Positions 11,799-25,372 of a stretch of 64,000 nucleotides of DNA are shown piece by piece. The notes beneath the pieces were generated by a model. The model saw nothing but the letters and a program-made list of their open reading frames with translations. It did no database searches and was not told where the DNA came from. The translations under genes were made by a program, and so were the position numbers. Every line of letters starts with the position of its first letter. The stretch's first letter is position 1. Source of the stretch: Neophaeotheca triangularis (taxonomy: Eukaryota); NCBI GenBank assembly GCA_054600435.1, contig BAAIJX010000039.1:62001-126000 (forward strand). The letters are read 5' to 3'.

Positions 11799-13069
11799 TC
11801 ACTTCAGCTTGGCCTTGAGATTGTTCTTGAACTGCGACACCAATTCCTGGTCCCAAGGCTTCTTCACGTCCTTCTTGTCGAGGAAAGTGAAGGCCTGTTT
11901 GCCGAACTTGAGCTTGTCGACGCCCGCAGCCTTGTTGTCCTTCTCGCCCAACGCCTGCAGCAACTTGTACGAGAGCTCGTAGAAGACCTTTGCGGCTTTG
12001 ACCGGGTCGGCGTCGACGCCTACGCCGGTCTCGATCTTCAGCTCGCGCAGGTGCTTGGCGGGGACGAGACCCATCATGGCATTTTTGGCGTAATTCTTGG
12101 TCCAGCCGCCAATGTGGATGCTGCGGAGGCGCTCGACGCTGTTGTTGAGCTGGAGGAGGAAGTCGTTGAGCGTCTGCGTGTTTTCGAAGCGGAGCGTGAT
12201 GTCGTGGAAGATTTGCCCGGCGACATGGTTGATCTGTAGGGGTTTGTTAGCTTCACTTCGAATTACATGGGAGACGTGAGGCTATGTTGTAGACTTACAT
12301 CCTTGCTGACGGCAAGCAGAGCGACACGGTTCTTGTCGCCGGCGCCGTAGGCCTTGGCGAAGCGGTCCTTCTTGCCCTCGATCACGCGCTGGGCTTCCAC
12401 GATGATGGGGCCACCAACAACACCCCGAGAGGCGAAGTAGTACTCGTAAATGAGCTTGCGGACGACCTGAGGAAGGCCAGCGAAGTTGAAGGGTGCGGCA
12501 GGCTTAAGAAGCACAGCCTGGTAGCCAGCATAGGGACCATTGGTGAGGAAGACCTGTCGTGTATTAGCATTGAAAATTGTTGGGTTAGTGAAGCCATTAA
12601 AGCGTAAGCTTACTGTCTTGTGGAGGGCGAATGGGCGCGAAGCCTGGAACTTGACGAGGTGCTCGTATCCCTTGCCGAGCTGCTTGGCCTGGAGAGCTTC
12701 ACCCTCAAAGCTGGCGTTGACAGGGACAGACGCTTCACCTTCCTCAGCCAGGCGTTTGAAAGGAGCCACGGCCTTCTTCTTCTTGGCTGGGGTCGCTTTC
12801 TTCGCAGAAGTCGGTGGTGGAGCACCTGCCCTTTTGGCTGGGGTGACGGGAGCCTTGGCCTTGGCCGCCTTCTGTTTCACAGGTGGGGTTGATGCCGACT
12901 CAGACTCGGAGCCCGAGCCGCTCTCATCTGAAGAAGCGACTGGGGTAGACTCCTTGGGCTTCCCTTTCTAGGGTGGTATGTTAGTGATGCAAGATTTAGG
13001 TGGCAGTATGCAGTGAAGATGCAAGGTGTTGCTTACCCCCTTCGCATTTGCTGGAATTTTGGGAGGCAT
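11799..13069 (-). CDS. Hypothetical protein with K/A/P-rich N-terminus and F-box-like motif; exons 13069-13037, 12967-12299, 12233-11799
   Basis: MPPKIPANAKG|KGKPKEST splices in frame; PFNFAGLPQVVRKLIYEYYF resembles the fungal F-box-like motif; both introns GTAAG...CTAAC...AG. Confidence 0.8.
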
Positions 13070-14943
13070 GGTGTGCGGGGGGTGTTGAGTAGGAAAAGAT
13101 GAATGTTGGGTAGGAAGTAGGCCGAGTTATCTTTTAGAGGGAGGGAGGTATTGGAAGCTGGTCGCGGATGGGAGGTGGAAGTGGAAGTCGAGGTTGCGGC
13201 GGGGGGGAGTGGCAGTTTTGTAGGCAAAGTTGCAGCAGTCTAAGCTCAACCGCGGCCAGCACGTGGCCAGGTGAGAAACAATGACGTGCGAAGAGGTGAG
13301 CTTTGGGTCAGGAGAGCCGGAAGTGAATAGTCGTTGGAGGGATTCTGCTGACGCGCGGTCGAGGAAATCTGCGGGAAACGAGACTTGACGCTTCACTTGA
13401 CTTGCCGGTCTTCCGCTGGGAATTTCGTGCTCGCAAATGGGTGGTGTAAGTGTCGATGGTGAAGCCACAAGCGTTATCAGGAAATAACTGAGAAAAACCT
13501 GAACCGCTTTGTTGCACGTGCAGATGGCAGAGTGAGTTGGAGTGGGATGGTGTTACTCTCGAACATCTGGTTGAGCGCTTCAGTGGGTCTGTTGCTTTTC
13601 ATGGCTAATTTATCGATGCAAATTTGCTTCGATATGAATCCCTCCCCTTGCAATAGCGACAGCATCCGCTGGAATTTCCGCCGTGACTGCAATCTTCCTC
13701 AAGTATAAGACGTTGTAGCGCACGCGGTGCCATCTCCCGGTCTCAACCCACCGATGAAGATAGTAAATACGATACCTTAAGTTCCAATAGACTTTACTGT
13801 GTGGGTTCACCGCGCATGCACTTACGCTCGCTGTCGGCACTTGGAGTGCAGTTTACCTTGCATCGTCTTGCGCTCTCCGCACGCGGTATGGGAGTCTTAC
13901 TAGGTCTAACCAAGCTCAGAGCCGCACGAAATCAAACGAGAAGCTTCACCTACCATAAGACTTCTCGGATCCCATTACGAAGCAGTGTCTTGCCGTATGA
14001 ATGCTTCACAATGGTTCTTGCGATGGTCCAAACATTCTCTCCAGTCCTGGGTGGGGTACTTTGAACAGCCATGCTTGCATCGCCGTCGATATCGAGCGAC
14101 TTCCCTTCAATTTGCCAGCGTCGTGTTTGTGAACGAAACAGGTATCCAGCCATGTCCTGGGAAAGCAGATGTACTTGGACTTACCTTCGGGGCATCCATG
14201 GTCTGCCGCAGGGAAGGACGCTGCTCCCAGCGTTGAGTTACGGCAGCCAGTCCGGCACATTTCCGCCCTGCTTCGGCCTTACTGTCTGCGTTGTCTGCTT
14301 TAGAATTGCCGTGGGAGGAGTCGTAGAAAAGTTGTGCCGCCGAGTGCACATCTTGGTAAAAAAGCTGTATCGTTTTCGTTCGCATTGTATCGGCCTGTTA
14401 GCGTGCTGCTGTCGACCCCGATAGAGATAGCTATCGTTCTTCTTGCCCAAGCATCGGCTTGGGGCGAACCGATCAAAAAGAGGCGGACTCGCAGAAGACG
14501 AGTGATGACCAGCCCCTGAAGCAAGAGTTCCCAACGATCCTATCTCGGAGTCCGACTTCCGATCCCAGCTGTAGACAGACGCTGAGATGAATGAGCTACG
14601 GGTTGCTGGCCGCTCAAATGAGCAAACAGTACTGGGCAATCTCAAGACCGCCAAGAGAGGTACAATGCGTAGGCTATGGGTACGCATTGCCTTGATGCCA
14701 TATCATGAGCGATATTGTACATAATGAAGTAAAGGAAGAAGTGCCCGAAGCGCCTTAAGTGAAGTTTGTATAGCACACCTCAGGCGAAGGATGAGGTGAA
14801 GTCGGAAAGGCTTGGCACGACGCGGACGCGCTTGTGAACGAAACCGAGCTCGAGAGGAGGCATTCCAATTATCTGACTGTTTCGACCGCCGCAGCGTTTC
14901 AATATCTGCACTCGCAACCACATATAAACCTTTATATTCCACA

Positions 14944-15473
14944 ATGGCCGAGCAAATTCCCAACGGTGCCGTCAACGGCGACACCGAGATGACAGAAGGT
15001 TCAGCTCAAGAGGTACAACATCCAGCAATCACTAGCAAACGCGCTTACACTAACAAACCACGTCCCAGGCAATCTTAGACCCAAGCCTCCAAAACGACCA
15101 AACCAACCTCGCGGACCCCACAGACCCCCAGCCGCCTCCAGAAGCCGCCGAACCCTCCATCCCTCCACCAGCACCAGAACACCTCTCGACCATTGCACCC
15201 GCCGCGACAGAACCCCCTCGGGTTGCTCAGACACCACCAGCCGCACCTCCTACCACCACCAGTCGAACGGGCTCAGCGCCGCCGCCGCCGCCGCAACTAG
15301 CTAAGCCAGAGAAAGCTGTCGCGCATGGTGGGCCCACAAGGCAGTACCTGAACACGAACGTTACGCCGCATCTGCTCGAAGGGATGAAAGCGCTCGCCAT
15401 GCAGGAGCCGGACAAGCCGCTGTTGTGGCTGAGCGAGTTTCTGAAAGAGAGGAGTCAAGAGGTGGAGCGCTAA
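14944..15473 (+). CDS. SDC1: COMPASS subunit Dpy-30/Sdc1; intron 15013-15068
   Basis: C-terminal Dpy-30 motif HGGPTRQYLNTNVTPHLLEGMKALAMQEPDKPLLWLSEFLKE after a Pro-rich linker; absent from the ORF track because exon 2 has no start. Confidence 0.9.
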
Positions 15474-18105
15474 AGGTTGTGGTGAAATATCCTTCGGGTT
15501 CAAATGGCGGGCAGTCGCGCTCAGGTGGTCAAAATTAGCGATGGCGTTTAGGAGGTGAGCATGGTGCTAGAGTTTGCTTGCGAGATACCCAAAAAAATAA
15601 GAAGCACTTTTGCGATTTCGCCTACAACGTCTTCTCGAAGCTACATTGCCTTTGAACATTGAATCGATCGATTGGTCGTCATCGTGAAGGGAGAGGCACT
15701 CGACACAAGGCAGGCGCTGGCTGATCGATACACCTTTAGTAGTAGACCGGACACGAATGCCTTCCACGCTCGAACCGAGGGACAATTTGTCCGGCCATCC
15801 ATCAATATTGCACAGTGCGCCAGATTGATTGCGAGCATGGGAACCCCTGCAATATCGAAAGGCTCCCGGCGAGCTTACAACCTCAGCAGCGAACTTTCCG
15901 CACGAGGGTTTGCTTCGATAGCATTGAAAGAACGAGGAAACCCAATCAATCACTCGACACACGAAGCTTGCCAAGTCCGAGAAAATTGCAGACTCGTGAT
16001 ACGGCAAAGACAACAATGCGATCCGCAGCCATCCACCAACCTGAACCAAGTCACGAAAGCACCCGATCCGCGGAAAACCCACGAGAAAGGATTCAACGTC
16101 ATCACAAACGCGCCGATCAATAAGCAAGGTGCCCAGCTGTTTAGAAGCGAAGAACACTGCCCGGCCAAGGCGCCGCAGAATGCGCAGCTCGCAACGAAGT
16201 TAATATCGGGGCACCGGGCTGTCGGTCCGTGCACGGCCATCCCCCTTTTCCCAGCTTTTGACAGCTTGTGACAGCCCTGTAAGCGGTATAGCCGTTTTGG
16301 GAGAACTTCGGAAACTGCACGACTGTCGACAAAACCGGCCTCACACCTTTGGCGCGACTCATGGTCGCTTGGTCTCAGCCTTGCCGATATTAAAGCTGTC
16401 GCATGATGGTCGGGGGTATTAACGAACAGGGCACGAGGTGACATGGACTTGCGCCTTGCTGCCAGGTACTTGGGCATGAACATGCTGTATTTAGATAAAT
16501 GGGTAGGAGCGTGAGGTCATTGACATGATATCAACCCGCTGGAATGCTGCCTCGTCTCCTTTTGTTGTCAACTTGTCACATACCATACTTTACTCTCAAG
16601 CCTTGTGTTCCTAGCGAATCAATCGACGCAACTGCAACATCAGCCCAGCCAGCCCAGAACTCACAACGTGACTAAATCCAGCACCGCAACCATGTCTCTC
16701 ACCTTCCCCAAACGCTTCAACAACCGCAGCAACCAAAAGACCGCGCAAAGTTCACGCGCCGCGCCTTCGAGGCATTTCGTTATGTGTACTTGCGACAGCG
16801 CCGTCCCTGTCAAGCCGTGCATGTGGTACCATCTTTCCGAATGCTGAGCGCAGAGAAGGGCTGCTTGGGAATTCTAGAGGAAGAAGTGTTTAGTAGCGAG
16901 GTGAGTGGAGACTGACAGTGTGTTCTCGAGAAAGGAATGCAAGGTGCTGACTTCGACGGCAAGGACAGTGTAGTATGACCGCGATGCTTCGGAGACAAAG
17001 CGCCGAGCTGGAATCGACTTCGACGCTTCGTTCGCGATCGACGCGATACGGCTGTGCGTTTCAACGCCGTATTACGAAGCCCATGGAATGTCGGACGAGG
17101 CCGGGCCGCGCATAGACGTGGTGGTGTTAGAGGAACGTTGGGAGAGCAAGTCCAAAGCGTAGGGTGAAAGGGCCAAAATGAACAAGGCGAGGTTGCAAGA
17201 GAAGGCATGCGGTTTTGATTGCGGATACAGTGTTATACCCCCAGGATTCTTTCGCCCTTTTACTATTGAGTCATTGACGCGACAGCGATGTGCGCCTTTC
17301 AGACATACACTTCTTCCATGTTATCATGCTTCCCTCCATCGCGCTTGCTCCTGCTCAGCGGGAGATTAGCATGCGCCCAAGTCTTTGGTTCTGTGGGTGG
17401 ATTCTTGAAGAGAGGCAGTAATGTCAGAGAGAAGATTAGGGTCGGCAGCAGCTTCGTGGCCTTCAGGCCGGGGTGAGAGAATCTACACCCGCTTCAAACA
17501 GACAGTGACAATTCCTCGCCCGCAAGCCGTCCGATCGTAGGCTTGTACGACTAAGGATGACAATAGGTTTCTCATCATTGCAGCATTGGACGATGGGAAT
17601 GTGCGGATACTCACAGGCGTGCGGGTGCGTTGAGACTGCGTTGTTCGCAATGATGCAGGATTCCCAAGGTGATGAGTCATTTTCGACTGATTTGAGACTG
17701 TACGCGGACCATTTGAGTTAGCCAGGCTCGTGGACATGGGGTCCTTGGTTCAAGCTTTCGGAATCTCAGAGTAGTTTCAGAGAGAAGATTAGAAGTCGGC
17801 AGAAGCTTCACGCAGTGACGACCGGGGTAGGTCATCTGTTTCCGCCACCAGACAACCCACCCGCAAGAGTCGCTGACATGAAAGGCTTTACGTGAGGGCG
17901 AAAAGGCCCATTTTGTCTCATCACAAGGGATCGGCGCGGTGGGAAAGAACATGGAACAACATACTCCCCTTCCCGAGGTTGGGTGGACATGGCGGCTCCC
18001 AATATCAAGGGTCCTGGTAGGCGTTGTTCATTTGCAGGCCTCGTGGCAGGTAGTAGCCATCGCAGTGTTGCGAGTGTGGGCTAAAATGTCTTCAAGAGGT
18101 GTCGA

Positions 18106-19212
18106 TCAGTAATCGAGTTCAACCGACTCGACCTTGATCTCATCCATCTCCCGGATCCTGCGGTTGTGGGTCACCCAGCCTTGTTCGGGGTCTTCCTCTT
18201 CATCGATGTACTTCTCCCACTTTCTCTTGTTGCGTTGCGCGTAAGGTATCTGTTCTGTACGCCGGCGTAGCTCTCCGATCGAAGCCAACGATAGGTTCCT
18301 TTTACCGCTGGAGCGCTCGTGCTGAAGCAGTTTACTCTTGGTTCCAAGGCCCCCATGCAGTTGCATTTCTTCGAAACCCGACTCGGCTTTAGCCTCAGAC
18401 TCACTCAAGGATTTCTCCTTTTCGTGTGCGTGGTTCCTGAGAAAGCGCGCAATATCTTTGTTCATATCGCTCTTGCACTGTTCAGCCTTTTGTGGCTCCG
18501 ATGCAGTCCCTTCACTGACTTCGCGTGAAGATTGGCTGTAGTTGGCGCCTCGCAATGAGCCGCCATTCAAGGCACTGGCTTCTGCTGCCTCGACACCATG
18601 ACCCTGTCTTTCTCCTTGCTTTAATAGCATCTTCTCAAGCTCACTGCGGCGCATGAACGCAATTTCGGCGTCAGTGATGGTGCGCTTAACGCCGTTTTCG
18701 TAGTATCCCAGGTCGTCGTCGTGTTCGTCATCTTCGTAAGTGGTCTGGCACTGCTGCTCTTTGCCGAGCCAGGCAACATCGTAACCAATGAAAAAGTTGT
18801 CTGGCTTGGTTGCGTCGCCAAAATGTTTAAGCTGAAAGGCTAAGAGATCATTCTTTAAAATCGTCAGTACTTACCATGTTCAGCAGCGCCCCGTGGACAT
18901 CTTTACCTCTGTGATGTTCGGCGTTATAAGTGGAGGAGCCGTTGAGGGTTCTTCCAAGCTTGCAGTAAGAGCAGGGGTAACCGAACGCTTGGTTTCCGCG
19001 CCTGGCGTCAGGTGAGGAGCGTCCGTAGGTGCGCCGTCATCAGATATTGCCGTGTCAGGCATCTCTTCGTCGAAAACGCTGCTCTCTCCTCCTTCTGCGA
19101 CAGCTCGTCGCTCCCTTTTAGCACGTTTCTTGGCTGCAGACCGTTCTTTCAAAGCAGCCTTACGCTTCGCTAGGTAACGCTGACGAGCTGGTTTGTCTGG
19201 GTTGTGCTTCAT
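18106..19212 (-). CDS. DUF3807-like protein; intron 18853-18906
   Basis: Spliced product contains NDLLAFQLKHF...DDDLGYYENGVKRTITDAEIAFMRRSE and ends in ELDY. Confidence 0.8.
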
Positions 19213-19640
19213 GAACTGCGGCGATGAAGTGAGCCTACGTGCGCAGGGAGAATGTGGTGTGAGAGCAATGCTGCCGTGTACTCAGCGAAAGAAGATGGAT
19301 GGGTTGGAAGATGGAAGGTCAAAGGTCGCGGGTGAGCTTCATGAGCATGTGAAATAATGTCAACCTTGGCTTGGAGGCAGGCAGCACGGCGGTCGGGACC
19401 TGCAGAGTGTAGACTAGCGGCGGCCTATGCCGCGATAAGTCTCGCTTGACCTTCCCGCCCCAGGTCTGTCACAGTGTGGCCGCATCCTTCGACGAGTAAT
19501 AGGTACAGCTCGAAACGGTCCAAGGCGACACCTTCAGAGTAGATCAAACCTCCAAGTTTCAACCAACCGGCGGTATACTTGCTCTTACCCTGCGGAATAA
19601 TAGGCCACAGGCTGCGATGCCAGCCGCATTCGACGCAAGC

Positions 19641-20918
19641 ATGGCCACCCTCACCACCGCTGTGAGGCCACAGCTCTCTCGCCGCTCCATCGCCGCCCTT
19701 CAAAAATCACGCTACCCTGTCCTCTACGCTTCGCAAAAGGCCACCTTCTCTACAACTCCGCAGCATGCTCTCCCGGCAGGCGAGTCCCTCTTCCGGTCCA
19801 GTTCCTCAAGCGGTCCGCCCCAGACCTACTTTCAGCGCTCTGGCTTGCCCGCCAACACCATCGTCAAGTTCGTACCCCAACAAACAGCATGGGTAGTCGA
19901 GCGCATGGGCCGCTTCAGCCGCATACTACAACCTGGTATCGCCATTCTCCTACCTGTCATCGACCGAATAGCCTACGTCAAGAGCCTGAAGGAGAGTGCG
20001 ATGGAGATACCCTCGCAAAGCGCCATTACCGCTGACAACGTGACCCTGGAGCTAGACGGAGTTTTGTACACAAGAGTCTTTGACCCGTACAAGGCAAGCT
20101 ATGGCGTTGAGGATGCGGAGTATGCTATCAGCCAGCTCGCCCAGACTACCATGCGCAGCGAGATAGGCCAGCTGACCCTTGACCACGTTCTCAAGGAGCG
20201 TGCAGCACTGAACACAAACATTACGCAGGCTATCAACGAGGCTGCTGCGGACTGGGGTGTGCGATGCTTGCGCTACGAGATCAGGGATATCCACGCACCC
20301 GCGCCGGTTGTGGAGGCTATGCATCGTCAGGTCACGGCTGAGCGCAGCAAGCGTGCTGAGATTTTGGATTCAGAAGGTCAGAGGCAGTCTGCGATCAACA
20401 TTGCTGAGGGTCGCAAGCAGAGCGTCATCCTAGCTTCTGAAGCGCTGAAGGCGGAACAAATCAACACAGCGTCTGGTGAGGCCGAAGCTATTTTGGTCAA
20501 GGCCAAGGCTACCGCCGATGGTATCGATGCCGTCGCGCGTTCTATTGAAGCCGGCAAGCAGAATGCCCAGGGTGCTGTCTCGCTTCGTGTGGCGGAGAAG
20601 TACGTCGATGCGTTTGGTAAGCTGGCGAAGGAAGGGACCAGCGTTGTCGTGCCGGGTAATGTTGGCGACATTGGCCAGATGATTGCGACAGCCATGTCGG
20701 TCTATGGCACTGTTGGGCAGTCGCAAGCAAAGGCACAGGCTGCTATGCTTGGAGCTGGTGGTCAGCAGCAGCAAAAGCACAACCCGGCAGACAGCAGGGC
20801 AGGGCATGAGGAGACTCAGCAGTCGGAGCAGCACGAGGCTAGTGGGCAGCACAGGAACCAGAACGAAGTTACGCAGAGTGTTCTGGAAAGCTTCGATCGG
20901 ACGCAGGAAAGGCATTGA
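19641..20918 (+). CDS. Mitochondrial stomatin-like protein (SPFH/Band 7, SLP-2 type); alternative in-frame ATG at 19617
   Basis: Presequence-like N-terminus; FVPQQTAWVVERMGRF, QSAITADNVTLELDGVLY, MHRQVTAERSKRAEILDSEG. Confidence 0.93.
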   Translation: MATLTTAVRPQLSRRSIAALQKSRYPVLYASQKATFSTTPQHALPAGESLFRSSSSSGPPQTYFQRSGLPANTIVKFVPQQTAWVVERMGRFSRILQPGIAILLPVIDRIAYVKSLKESAMEIPSQSAITADNVTLELDGVLYTRVFDPYKASYGVEDAEYAISQLAQTTMRSEIGQLTLDHVLKERAALNTNITQAINEAAADWGVRCLRYEIRDIHAPAPVVEAMHRQVTAERSKRAEILDSEGQRQSAINIAEGRKQSVILASEALKAEQINTASGEAEAILVKAKATADGIDAVARSIEAGKQNAQGAVSLRVAEKYVDAFGKLAKEGTSVVVPGNVGDIGQMIATAMSVYGTVGQSQAKAQAAMLGAGGQQQQKHNPADSRAGHEETQQSEQHEASGQHRNQNEVTQSVLESFDRTQERH

Positions 20919-22014
20919 GACGGTGTGAACGGTTAGCGACTTCACTCATACTGCCGTGAAAAAAATTCCGGACAGGTGTATAGTAAATGTACATTCTCGA
21001 CACCAACCATTGTGATGACTCCTTGATGAGGCGATGGCGTCAAGTCAGTTGATATCACCCGCTCACATTCACTTGACTAGGTACATCATCATAGGTATTG
21101 TAGGTATGTAGTGTCCGAGTCCGACTCTCAATAGACTCTCGGTACGGCACGTGAGTTTAATAGCTTCAAGAGTCAAGACCAGCTAACCGGGAGGGGAAAG
21201 GTGGGAGGCAGGGCGGTGGGCGGCGGGCAGGCGAGTGTTTGTCGCGGCTGTTGTTAGCGTGGGCCAGCTGAGCGTTCAGCCTGAGCCGCCGTTCGTCTCG
21301 TCTCGTCTCGTCTCGTATCCTAGGTACCCAAGGTTGGTTAGGTAAGGTTCTCCCCCGACTCCTCCACACTACTCGCGCAGACAAACAGCCGGCCGGTGAT
21401 AACGTCCCGTCGTTTGGTCAACTTCAAATCCGCCCGCCTTGAGCCTACAATAACGTTCGTTAATTAATTTGACCGGAGCTCGAGTGAAGTTGAAGATACA
21501 GCACCTACACATTCCGACCCATTCGACCAATACTAAGGTGCCTGGAGTTGTAGCCAGTTCCTCGGTCATTGAAGCTCCGAGAACGCTGGATCCTTCCGAC
21601 CAACCCTCCCGCGCGCGCCAGGAGGCACGACGACAGAGTTGTAGCGGTATATTCCCTTACCGCCCCCGAACACAAGCACCCGCCGCAACCTCACCAGAAC
21701 CGACAAATATAGCTGTTGTACCTGTCCGCTCGTGACGACGTCTTGAAGCATCCACCGCCGACCTTCGCTGGCCTTCATTCCTCCCTTTCTCGCTGTTGCC
21801 TTGCAAGGGGAGCGGCGTGTCTGAACCCCGCGACAACCGCCCAGAAAGTCAATCAGTGACCTCCCTGGGCAAACGCCAGCCTCTACAAACACTTTGTTTC
21901 CCGCTGCCATAGCCCTGCTGCCGCCATACCTCTCCGTCACTCTGCGCCTGGCCTGGCCGCGACATCTCCTACATACCCATACCTCACGTTACAAGCGCGA
22001 CTGTGTTGGTCACA

Positions 22015-25000
22015 ATGTCAGCGGCAGCGCCTCCCGCTTCGCTCCCGCGCACTCCATCCCGTCGTCAGCCACCAGGATACAGCAATACTCCCGACCGCGA
22101 ACGACCGCAACGAACCCAGTCCACCACCTCTCGATCCGCAGCACCGAGCTCGCCACGTCGATCCATGTCGAGCTCACAGACTCCGCAAACGCAACCATCG
22201 TCGCATAGCCGAACCCCCTCCTCCCACCTTGCAAATGTCGCACGGAAAGATTACGAGCAAGGGAATGTCGCGCGCCCGCCTAGCTCACGGAGAAGCGAAA
22301 GCCACGACAGACCGGTAAGGACTGAGTCGACTCGACCCAGCGCAGGCCACACGCGAACGAGCTCCAGGTATAACAGCGAACAGCCCACCCCTGCCGCGCC
22401 ATCTTCGAATGGAACTGAGGGACCGAGATCGAGTCACGTTCCGAGCAGTAATCAAAATATGAGGCGGCGCACGACAATCGATGCGCAGACTGGGAGCTGG
22501 GAGCTTGGGAAAACTATTGGGGCCGGTAGCATGGGCAAGGTGAAGCTTGCAAGGAACAAGGAGACTGGAGAACAGGTAGGGAACGATGATAACATACCAC
22601 GACGGGCATATACTAACTTCTGCAAAGGTTGCCGTCAAGATTGTCCCTCGACAAAGCAACGACGGAGAACACCGTTCAGCTGCCGAGCGAGAACGAGCGG
22701 ACCATTCCAAAGAGGTTAGAACAGCGCGAGAAGCAGCCATCGTCACACTGGTCGACCATCCCTATATATGTGGCATGCGCGACGTCGTTCGGACCAACTA
22801 CCACTGGTACATGCTGTTCGAGTACGTCAACGGCGGGCAGATGCTCGATTACATTATCAGCCATGGCAGACTGAAGGAAAAGCAAGCTCGAAAGTTTGGG
22901 AGACAAATCTCGAGTGCCCTCGACTATTGCCATCGAAATAGCATTGTGCATCGGGATTTGAAGATTGAGAACATACTCATCAGCAAGACTGGCGACATCA
23001 AAATCATCGATTTTGGCTTGAGCAACCTGTTCAGTCCACGGAACCACTTGAAGACGTTTTGCGGGTCGCTGTACTTTGCTGCCCCTGAGCTGTTGCAAGC
23101 GAAGCAGTATACTGGCCCAGAGGTCGACGTTTGGAGTTTCGGGATCGTGTTGTATGTGCTGGTGTGCGGCAAAGTGCCCTTCGACGACCAGAGCATGCCC
23201 CAGCTGCACGCGAAGATCAAGAAGGGTGTCGTAGAATATCCGCCTTGGTTGACTCCTGGTTCGTGAATCCTGACAGAACATGCTTTTACGCGTACTGACC
23301 GCAACCTCGCAGAATGCCGTAACCTGATCGCCCGCATGCTAACAACAGATCCGGCGCAACGAGCTACTCTTGGCGAGATCATGACCCACCCTTGGATTAC
23401 AAAGGGCTTTGGTGGCCCACCAGAGAACTATCTACCTACCAGGAAACCTCTGCATATGCCCTTGGACTCCTCTGTGATTGACAAAATGACTGGCTTTGAT
23501 TTTGGGGCGGCGGACGTCATAACCGGACAATTGTCAAAGATCATCGAAGGCGAAGATTACCAGCGTGCCGTGCGAAACGCCGAGCGAAGATCTATGCAAC
23601 CGACTCCTGAGATTGAGAAGAAGCGCGGCGTTTTCGATTTCTACAAGCGTCGAAACTCGACAACGAGCCGGGACACTCTGAATACCCCATCTACGGAAGC
23701 CATCCAGCTCGGGTCTGACCCGGTTAATGCTTTCAGCCCCCTCATCTCCATCTATTACTTGGCGAAGGAAAAGCAGGAGAGAGAGGCTAGGGAGAAGAAC
23801 CCAGGTGCTCTGGCTATGCCACAGAGCCCAGGCGAGAAGGCTTTGAAGTTGCCCGATTTGCCAGCGCCTCCAGCTGCGCACACGAATAGCGCTGCTTACG
23901 AGATGGTGGGCGAGAAACCAACAGGAGGCAGGTCGAGACCTCGCGCTAGGACACAAGGCGAAGATGATGTTGCGGACGGCATGAAGAATATCAATTTGAA
24001 CACGGCACCTCCGCCGACCAGTCCGCCTGTCATTGTTGCTCAGCAAGAGCAGCAGCATGCCGAGCCTCTGAGAAAAGAGTCGGCTGCTGTGGGTTTACTA
24101 CGGAGATTTAGTACGAGACGGCACAAAGATCCAGTCGAGCGTCCGGATCGCAGTGAGAGGCCGAAGCATCCACCACCTTCTCTTGCTGTCTTTGGGCCTA
24201 GCGAAACTCCACGCAAGAGCTTTAGTGTTAAGCGCACTAGGGACGGGGATCAGAGTGCGACGCGACTCAGGCCGGAATCAAGGGACTCGAGAAAGGAGCA
24301 GACACTCACGCCAGACAGCGAAGCTTCGAAGAAGAGTGGACTTGGGAGATCAGTTAGTGTCAATTCCACCGACATTAGGAGACGGTTCACTAGGCGTGGC
24401 GTGTCTGAGAGTCAGTCGGGCCGGCCCCCACTGAGCTCCCATAACAGCCACGACCAGAGATCGTTCAGGGACAAGGAGGAGCACGCCCCGAGCCTGCGAG
24501 ACGCCGCCTCGGATGCCGAAGCAGCGACCCCCAAGCCACCGTCCAACAATGCAAGTCGCGCCAAATCGATGGGACATGCGAGAAGAGAAAGTTTTCAAGC
24601 CCGCCGCGCTCGCAGAGATGAGGCGCGCACCTCTAACGTCCCGGAGGAAACCGACGCAGATCTGCAAGACGATGCCGACCAAGAGCTAGAAGCTGGCAAC
24701 ACAAGCAGCGGCGGCAGCCCCACGGGCATCAAACCCGTGTACCTCAAGGGCCTCTTCAGCGTCTCCACAACAAGCAGCCGCCCCTTGAACGTCATCCGCG
24801 CAGACATCATCCGCGTGTTGCGCCAACTCGGCGTCGACTACAAGGAGATCAAAGGCGGTTTCGCCTGCCGACACAGCCCTAGCGTCGACTCCGCCCGCCC
24901 GCCACCCGACGACATGGCTCCCTCAGGCGCTCAACCGCAAAGCCCACCCACCGGGTCTGGTAGCCACAAGCGCAAAATCTCCTTTGGTGGCTTCATGGGC

Positions 25001-25372
25001 AACAACCACGCGCGCGCCTCGCCGCAAGCCGACGAAGCCTCGCCGCGCACGCGACATTCCCACAACCACCACAGCAACAACACCAACAACTACAGCGAAG
25101 AAGACGAAGAAGAAGGCGCAACGACGTCGGACGAGAACTTGCAACACCACAGCGGGCCCCGCGCTGGCGCCGGGGGGTCTAGAGCCGTCGGCGAAACTAC
25201 CACGCACGTACAGAGCGACGTGGGGAGCTCCATGGCGCCTGTGCGGTTTGAGATATTCGTCGTTAAAGTGCCATTGTTGAGTCTGCATGGCATACAGTTC
25301 AAGAAAGTTGATGGGGGTACTTGGCAGTACAAGAATATGGCGCAGAGGATTTTGGAGGGGCTGAGGTTGTGA
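22015..25372 (+). CDS. KIN1: Kin1/Par-1/MARK-family Ser/Thr kinase with C-terminal KA1 domain; introns 22576-22627, 23259-23312
   Basis: [50 protein letters not shown] and [21 protein letters not shown]. Confidence 0.96.
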
